Assembly (NCBI GenBank): GCA_963741955.1
Contig: CAVUKB010000004.1
Location: forward strand, 576,001-640,000
Length of the DNA: 64,000 nt
Direction of reading: 5' to 3'
Source of the DNA: an uncultured Acidobacteriota bacterium
GTDB lineage: Bacteria; Acidobacteriota; Thermoanaerobaculia; Gp7-AA8
Shown here piece by piece: positions 58,915 to 64,000 of the stretch; position 1 is the stretch's first letter; every line of letters starts with the position of its first letter. Both the position numbers and the translations under genes were made by a program. The notes under the pieces are model-generated. The model worked only from the letters and a program-made list of their open reading frames with translations. It made no database searches and had not been told where the DNA came from.

Positions 58915-59628
58915 TCAGGAGCCCGGAGGAGGTCCCGCCCCCGGCCCCCCTTCACCGTCTCCTCCGGAACGGAAGAACGACCAGCGCTGGAAATTCTGCA
59001 TCAGCAACATCCCTGCGACGATGGCGATGAAGAACTGGCGAAACCAGAGCGAGAGTGCGACGAGAATGCCACCGAAAATCATCGAGATCCATATGGAAGC
59101 GATGAGAGCACGCCGGGGGGAGGTGAGTATCCGGAGGAAGTTCTCCAGGATTCCTCCGCCATCCAGAGGATAGATCGGAAGGAAATTGAAGATCGCCCAG
59201 ACCAGATTGATCTGTGACATGAGCGGGAAGAGCGCGGCGAGCATCGGGTCGTGCCGCACGATCGGGACGGTGCGATACATCGCACCGAACGCCCACCAGA
59301 GGAAGACGCTGGAGATCGGTCCGGCCGCGCTGATCAGAATGTCCTGCCATGGCCGGGCTTTGCGCCGGTTCACGGTCACTCCGCCGAAGGAGCTGAGGTA
59401 AACCTCGCTGGTGCCGAATCCGAGCGCGGAGATCGTCGCCGCGTGAGCGAGCTCGTGGACGAGAATGCTGACAAAGAGAGTGGGGATCCAGAGGAGTGCC
59501 AGTCGGAGCTCGACTCCCCGTTCGAGATCGAGAAGCATGAAGATCCCGATCAGGATCAGGAACCCGGCTTCCACGTACACCGTGGTGAAGCCGAAAGATC
59601 CGATGTGCCAGCCACGCCGTCCGTTCAA
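58915..59628 (-). CDS. M50 (site-2) intramembrane metalloprotease
   Basis: HELAH, ISAAGP, NFLPIYPLDGG. Confidence 0.9.
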   Translation of the reverse strand: MNGRRGWHIGSFGFTTVYVEAGFLILIGIFMLLDLERGVELRLALLWIPTLFVSILVHELAHAATISALGFGTSEVYLSSFGGVTVNRRKARPWQDILISAAGPISSVFLWWAFGAMYRTVPIVRHDPMLAALFPLMSQINLVWAIFNFLPIYPLDGGGILENFLRILTSPRRALIASIWISMIFGGILVALSLWFRQFFIAIVAGMLLMQNFQRWSFFRSGGDGEGGPGAGPPPGS

Positions 59629-59755
59629 AGAGTACTCCCCCGTGCTCGATGTCGAGCGCGCATCTTACTGCGAGCCTCGCCGATTGGCTACCGTACGGGG
59701 CCGGGTCTGGAGCCGAAAAACGGAGTGAAAGGGCATTCCTCCAACACCGGGACGA

Positions 59756-61834
59756 TCATCTGCGCGGCGGTGCCGGCAACCGTGCGGTCTTTTCGAAGGG
59801 ATCTGCGGGAGGCGTCTCTCCCGGCATCGGCAGGCGGACCTGGAACGTCGCCCCTGCGCCGGGAGTACTTCGCACCGAGATGCTTCCCCCCTGCGCCTCG
59901 ACGAAGCGTTTCGCTACGGCGAGGCCAAGGCCCGTCCCCGCGGAATAGGAGCCTCGAGTGTGAATCTGCTCGAAGTCTTCGAAGATCCGCTGATGATCCT
60001 CCGCGGCGATCCCGATTCCGCGATCCTCCACCTCGATGACGCAGTCGTTCCCTTCCTGCGTGACTCGGACTTTGATCACGTCTCCATCAATACTGAACTT
60101 GTTCGCGTTCGAGAGGAGATTCAGGAGAACCTGCTCGAGTCGGCGCGCATCCGCCCAGGTGATTACCGGCTGGTCGGGGAGCAGCAGCTCTACATTCTGG
60201 CCACGCTCCCTGAACAGCGGCATGGTCGATGCCACGGCGTTCCGCGCGACGTTCCCGATGTCGATCATTTCGTATTCGAGGCTGATCCGGCCCGATTCGA
60301 TCCTCGCGATGTCCAGCAGGTCGTTGATCAGGTGCAGCAGATGTTTCGCGCTTCGGGAGACGTTCTCGAGGAAGTGGATTCGCCGAGAGGAATCGAGCTC
60401 ACCCTCCTGCTCGATCATCAGCTCGGTAAAGCCGACGATCGAGTTCAGGGGAGTCCGCAGCTCGTGCGACATCTTGGCCAGAAATTCGTTCTTGTGGCTC
60501 GACGCGTCCATCGCCCGCCGGGTCTGATGGATCAGTTCACGTTCCCGCTCCGCGAGTACGGCGGACATCCTCCCGAGTCTCTCCGTCAAGGTCTGCAGCT
60601 CCTTGAAATCGGTCCCGATCTCACTGGTGTCGAAGAACGCTCCCTCGGTCATCGACACCACTGACTTCTCGAGATTCCTCAGGGGAGTGGAGAGCCGGCG
60701 GATCAGATAGCTGAGGGCCAGAACGAGAATCATCAGCACCATCACGTCCGTCGCGATCGAGATCGTGGCGATGCGGTCTCGCCGCCGAGAGAAAGCGGTC
60801 CACGACATTTCGTCGTAATGCTCGAGCGCATTTCTCAGCTGCAGGAGCGGTTGTTCGAGGAGCCGCGATCCGAGCACCGGATCGGTGACGATCGGTTCGG
60901 ATCCCGGGTCTGCGAACCAGCGCCGGCTCCGTCGCAGCAGGGTCGAGTGAGCGGCGGCCACATCTGCGGACGCGTGGCGGGCGAGAGGCGCGAGCCGGTT
61001 CATCAGCATCTCGTTCTGCCGCCGGGCAAGCTCGAACTCGCGCTTCGCTGCTCCGGTGGTCCGGTCGGCTCGGAGCGCGAGCCCCGACGCATAGGTCAGA
61101 TTTCTCTGGAGCTGATTCAGAACCCGATCCGACTGATGCGACTCTTCCTCCTGTCGCAGCCACTGGCGCTCGACGTCCGCGGAGAGGGAATGCCGGATCC
61201 CCGCCGACGCGGCCCACCCGAGGAGTATGGTGACGAAGGTGAGTTGAAGGGCACTGAGGATCGTCCGCGGGCGCCGGGGGGTCGTCCCCCGTCGGGCTCC
61301 GTCCATCAGAGCGGTGCCGAAGGCGAGGAACGGAGTCGCGATCATCAGTGCGGCGGTGAAATCCGCAACCCACCAGACAGCGAACGAATTCAGGCTCCAC
61401 AAGGAGCGGCCGGTGACGAAGAGGGAGCCGAGAATCGCGCTCACGCCGGTATTGAGGATGGTGCCGAAGAGAAGGAACATGATGAGCGATTTTCCATCGC
61501 TCAGATCTTTCGAGAGCCGGGGATTGAGCCGGAAGACGAGCCATGGGATCAGCCCCTCGACGGCATTGACCGCACCACTGAGGAAGAGATGGAACATCGT
61601 GGCGCCTTCCCACGGTGTGAGGAGTGTTCCGACGAAGACTCCGAGCGCTCCTCGAAAGCCGAACAGAATGCAGGAGACCACCGCGACCGCGGAGCCGGGA
61701 AAGAGGATCGAGATTCCCGGCTCGACCTGGAACGCGGCGCTGAAGCGGTTCAGGATCGAATACGCGAGGACCGTCCCGCCGAACTGCAGCAGGGGAACGA
61801 CGATCCTTTCTCGACGGGAAAGCCCGTTCATCAC
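59756..61834 (-). CDS. MASE1-like membrane sensor histidine kinase
   Basis: Multi-TM N-terminus with WWVAD, HAMP-like linker, MSHELRTPL, NLLSNANKF, GTGLGL. Confidence 0.9.
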   Translation of the reverse strand: MMNGLSRRERIVVPLLQFGGTVLAYSILNRFSAAFQVEPGISILFPGSAVAVVSCILFGFRGALGVFVGTLLTPWEGATMFHLFLSGAVNAVEGLIPWLVFRLNPRLSKDLSDGKSLIMFLLFGTILNTGVSAILGSLFVTGRSLWSLNSFAVWWVADFTAALMIATPFLAFGTALMDGARRGTTPRRPRTILSALQLTFVTILLGWAASAGIRHSLSADVERQWLRQEEESHQSDRVLNQLQRNLTYASGLALRADRTTGAAKREFELARRQNEMLMNRLAPLARHASADVAAAHSTLLRRSRRWFADPGSEPIVTDPVLGSRLLEQPLLQLRNALEHYDEMSWTAFSRRRDRIATISIATDVMVLMILVLALSYLIRRLSTPLRNLEKSVVSMTEGAFFDTSEIGTDFKELQTLTERLGRMSAVLAERERELIHQTRRAMDASSHKNEFLAKMSHELRTPLNSIVGFTELMIEQEGELDSSRRIHFLENVSRSAKHLLHLINDLLDIARIESGRISLEYEMIDIGNVARNAVASTMPLFRERGQNVELLLPDQPVITWADARRLEQVLLNLLSNANKFSIDGDVIKVRVTQEGNDCVIEVEDRGIGIAAEDHQRIFEDFEQIHTRGSYSAGTGLGLAVAKRFVEAQGGSISVRSTPGAGATFQVRLPMPGETPPADPFEKTARLPAPPRR

Positions 61835-61860
61835 TCGCTGAATGCTTTCCGGGCCATTCT

Positions 61861-62032
61861 AGCCCGGAATACTCACGGGATCTCGTCGCGAGGAGGCCTG
61901 GATGCAGGGAAGATGGCGATTTTGCGACGAGACGTAGTCGCGCCACTACGTTGAGGAGCAAGATCGTCGTCTCACGCCCCAGAGAGGCCCGGATCGCGCT
62001 CCGCAGCAGAAGTCCCGTGAACACTCCGGGCT
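61861..62032. mobile_element. MITE-like element (172 bp) with 20-bp terminal inverted repeats
   Basis: AGCCCGGAATACTCACGGGA ... TCCCGTGAACACTCCGGGCT (17/20 complementary); apex CGTAGT-CGCGCC-ACTACG; related copies at 22417 and 44613. Confidence 0.75.
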
Positions 62033-62119
62033 GATCCGATCCGCCCGGACTTCCTGATGCTGCCCGAAGCTTCGGCGTCGGATAGACTTCCGGGCGACGT
62101 TTTGATGGAGGAAGAGCCG

Positions 62120-63238
62120 ATGCGATTCGAGACGACTGCAGTGCGAAGCGGAGGAGAGGTCGACGAAGAGACCGGGGCGATCGCTCCACCGATCCACCTT
62201 TCGACCACCTTCGAATTCGGAGCCGACAGCAAGCTGATTCATGGGTATCGCTACGCGCGCGAAGCGAATCCGACCCAGAGCCGTCTGGAGAGCGCGCTCG
62301 CGGCGATCGAAGGAGGGGAAGCGGCGCAGGCGTTCGCCTCCGGGATGGCCGCAGGCGCCGCGGTGCTGCAGTCGCTCCCGGCCGGTTCGCACTTCATCCT
62401 CCCGGACGACTGCTATTACGCGTACCGGCTTCTCTCCCACGACTTCCTCGAAAAGTGGGGGATGAGTTTCGATGTGGTCGACATGTCCGATCCCGGAGGG
62501 GTGCGGGCGGCAATCCGCGACACCACGCGCCTGATCTGGGCGGAGACGCCGTCGAATCCGCTGATGAAGGTGGTCGATCTCCAAGCGCTCTCTCGCGTCG
62601 CGCGCGAGGCCGGCCGGATGTTTCTGGTCGACAACACATTCGCCACTCCCGCCCTCCAGCAGCCCCTCGCGCTCGGTGCGGACGTCGTTCTCCACTCCTC
62701 CACCAAGTACCTGGGCGGGCACAGCGACGTGCAGGGAGGTGCGCTGATGTTCCGGGCACGCGACGCGTTCTTCGATTCGGTGATGCACACGCGGCGACTG
62801 ATCGGGGGCGTCGCCTCACCGTTCAACAGCTGGCTCGTACTGCGCGGAATCCGCTCTCTCTCGGCGCGTGTGCGCGTGCATTGTGAGAATGCCCGTGCAG
62901 TGGCGGAGTTCCTCGAGTCGAGCTCGAAGGTCGAAGCAGTGCACTATCCCGGCCTCGAATCGCACCCCGGTCACGACGTCGCCGCAAAGCAGATGAGCGA
63001 CTTTGGAGGAATGATCTCATTCCGGGTGCGCGGCGACGACCAGGACGCCATTCGGGTCGTCGCAGCTCTCCGGCTCTTTACCCGTGCGACGAGCCTGGGC
63101 GGCGTCGAGAGTCTGGTGGAGCACAGATTCTCCACAGAGGGACCAACCTCGCCGACGCCGAAGAACCTGATCCGTCTCTCGATCGGACTCGAGCACCCGG
63201 ACGACCTGGTGGAGGATCTGCGAGAGGCGCTGGGGTGA
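62120..63238 (+). CDS. Cystathionine gamma-synthase/lyase family PLP enzyme
   Basis: PIHLSTTF, YAREANPT, ETPSNP, DNTF, HSSTKYLGGHSD, SLGGVESL; GGAGG RBS. Confidence 0.9.
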   Translation: MRFETTAVRSGGEVDEETGAIAPPIHLSTTFEFGADSKLIHGYRYAREANPTQSRLESALAAIEGGEAAQAFASGMAAGAAVLQSLPAGSHFILPDDCYYAYRLLSHDFLEKWGMSFDVVDMSDPGGVRAAIRDTTRLIWAETPSNPLMKVVDLQALSRVAREAGRMFLVDNTFATPALQQPLALGADVVLHSSTKYLGGHSDVQGGALMFRARDAFFDSVMHTRRLIGGVASPFNSWLVLRGIRSLSARVRVHCENARAVAEFLESSSKVEAVHYPGLESHPGHDVAAKQMSDFGGMISFRVRGDDQDAIRVVAALRLFTRATSLGGVESLVEHRFSTEGPTSPTPKNLIRLSIGLEHPDDLVEDLREALG

Positions 63239-63404
63239 GAGACGAGCGGCGAGAGGCGAGAGAAGAGAGACGAGAGGCGAGAGACGAGAGACGAGAGGCG
63301 AGAGGCGAGAGGCGAGAGACGAGAGACGAGAGGCGAGAGAAGAGAGACGAGAGGCGAGAGACGAGAGGCGAGAGGCGAGAGACGAGAGGCGAGAGACGAG
63401 AGAA
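63236..63404. repeat. Heptamer tandem repeat (GAGAGGC/GAGAGAC)n
   Basis: Purine-rich 7-bp periodic tract starting at the lyase stop codon; followed by GACCTGTCG-type 9-mers (63411-63450). Confidence 0.93.
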
Positions 63405-63484
63405 GATGGCGGACCTGTCGGACAGGTCAGACCTGTCGGACGGTCGGACCGGGCCTCTCGAAATCCGATCCACGCGAGCGCTGT

Positions 63485-63493
63485 TGCTACAAT
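63485..63493 (+). promoter_or_regulatory. Extended -10 promoter element (TGnTACAAT)
   Basis: TGCTACAAT about 20 nt before ATG 63514, with AGGAGG RBS in between. Confidence 0.55.
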
Positions 63494-63513
63494 CGCCCAG
63501 GAGGACCACCACC

Positions 63514-63801
63514 ATGGCAGACAAGCTCGAGATCACCTGTCCGTGCTGCGACGCGAAGCTGACCATCGATACGCAGTCGGGCGCCATCCTCTGGCACGAG
63601 AAGAAAGCGGCGCCGGCGAAAACGATCGAGGGGATGCTCTCGCAGCTCGAGTCGCAGAAGTCGGAGATCGCGAAGAAGTTCGAGAAGGAGATGGAGTCCC
63701 ACAAGGACCGCAGCCGCCTCCTCGAGGAAAAGTTCAAGGAAGCACTGCAGCGGGCGGAGAAGTCGAAAGAGAAGCCGATCAACCCGATGGATCTCGACTG
63801 A
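63514..63801 (+). CDS. Small hypothetical protein with CPCC knuckle and coiled coil
   Basis: MADKLEITCPCCDAKLTID...; charged helical C-terminus; strong RBS. Confidence 0.8.
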   Translation: MADKLEITCPCCDAKLTIDTQSGAILWHEKKAAPAKTIEGMLSQLESQKSEIAKKFEKEMESHKDRSRLLEEKFKEALQRAEKSKEKPINPMDLD

Positions 63802-63816
63802 GGGGAGGCCGATCTC

Positions 63817-64000
63817 TTGTCGAAGAACGATCCCGCACCAGGATTCGCCGCTCCTTCACTTCCGTCCGATTTCGATCCCGATGCCGCAGCGTCGGGATCG
63901 GGCATCTACGGTCTTCCCTTCACCGCGAACGAATCGTACGTGGTGGTGATCCCCGTCCCGTTCGAGGCGACCACTTCGTACGGAGGAGGCACGGCGCGGG
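63817..64000 (+). CDS. Agmatinase/arginase family protein, 5' part only
   Basis: Manual translation from TTG 63817: ...FDPDAAASGSGIYGLPFTANESYVVVIPVPFEATTSYGGGTAR; GGGGAGG RBS. Confidence 0.78.
   Translation, partial: MSKNDPAPGFAAPSLPSDFDPDAAASGSGIYGLPFTANESYVVVIPVPFEATTSYGGGTAR

Noticed and set aside
63235-63513. Arg/Glu-rich N-terminal extension of the 188-aa ORF
   Set aside because: It translates the GAGAGGC tract; the real start is ATG 63514, which has an RBS and a -10 box.

Overview
High-GC bacterial chromosomal window; gene content and repeat style suggest Acidobacteriota (Thermoanaerobaculia-like), which is inference only. It holds mostly metabolic and signalling genes: CoA-transferase/fadI, zwf-opcA-pgl, two PLP transsulfuration lyases, a TetR-RND efflux operon with a clear operator, an S8 protease behind a c-di-GMP-I riboswitch, fabH, GGDEF/EAL/histidine-kinase proteins, rof, dnaE, a thiolase+DUF35 pair, an ABC-2 exporter and an iorA-iorB-ADP-forming acyl-CoA synthetase operon. 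The most unusual layer is non-coding. An HUH/Y1 (RAYT-like) nuclease gene sits at the symmetry centre of four strictly polarised GGGGTCAGGCC repeat clusters. There is also a 1.35-kb mosaic REP/BIME-like array with a 15-bp expansion, two ~165-bp hairpin MITE-like families with a GTAG..CTAC apex, and heptamer tandem tracts. Two divergent enzymes (a 599-aa GlpX-fold protein and a 546-aa adenosine-deaminase-fold protein) form a convergent pair of unknown function. No rRNA, tRNA or CRISPR array was seen. All family calls come from motif reading by eye, not from database searches.
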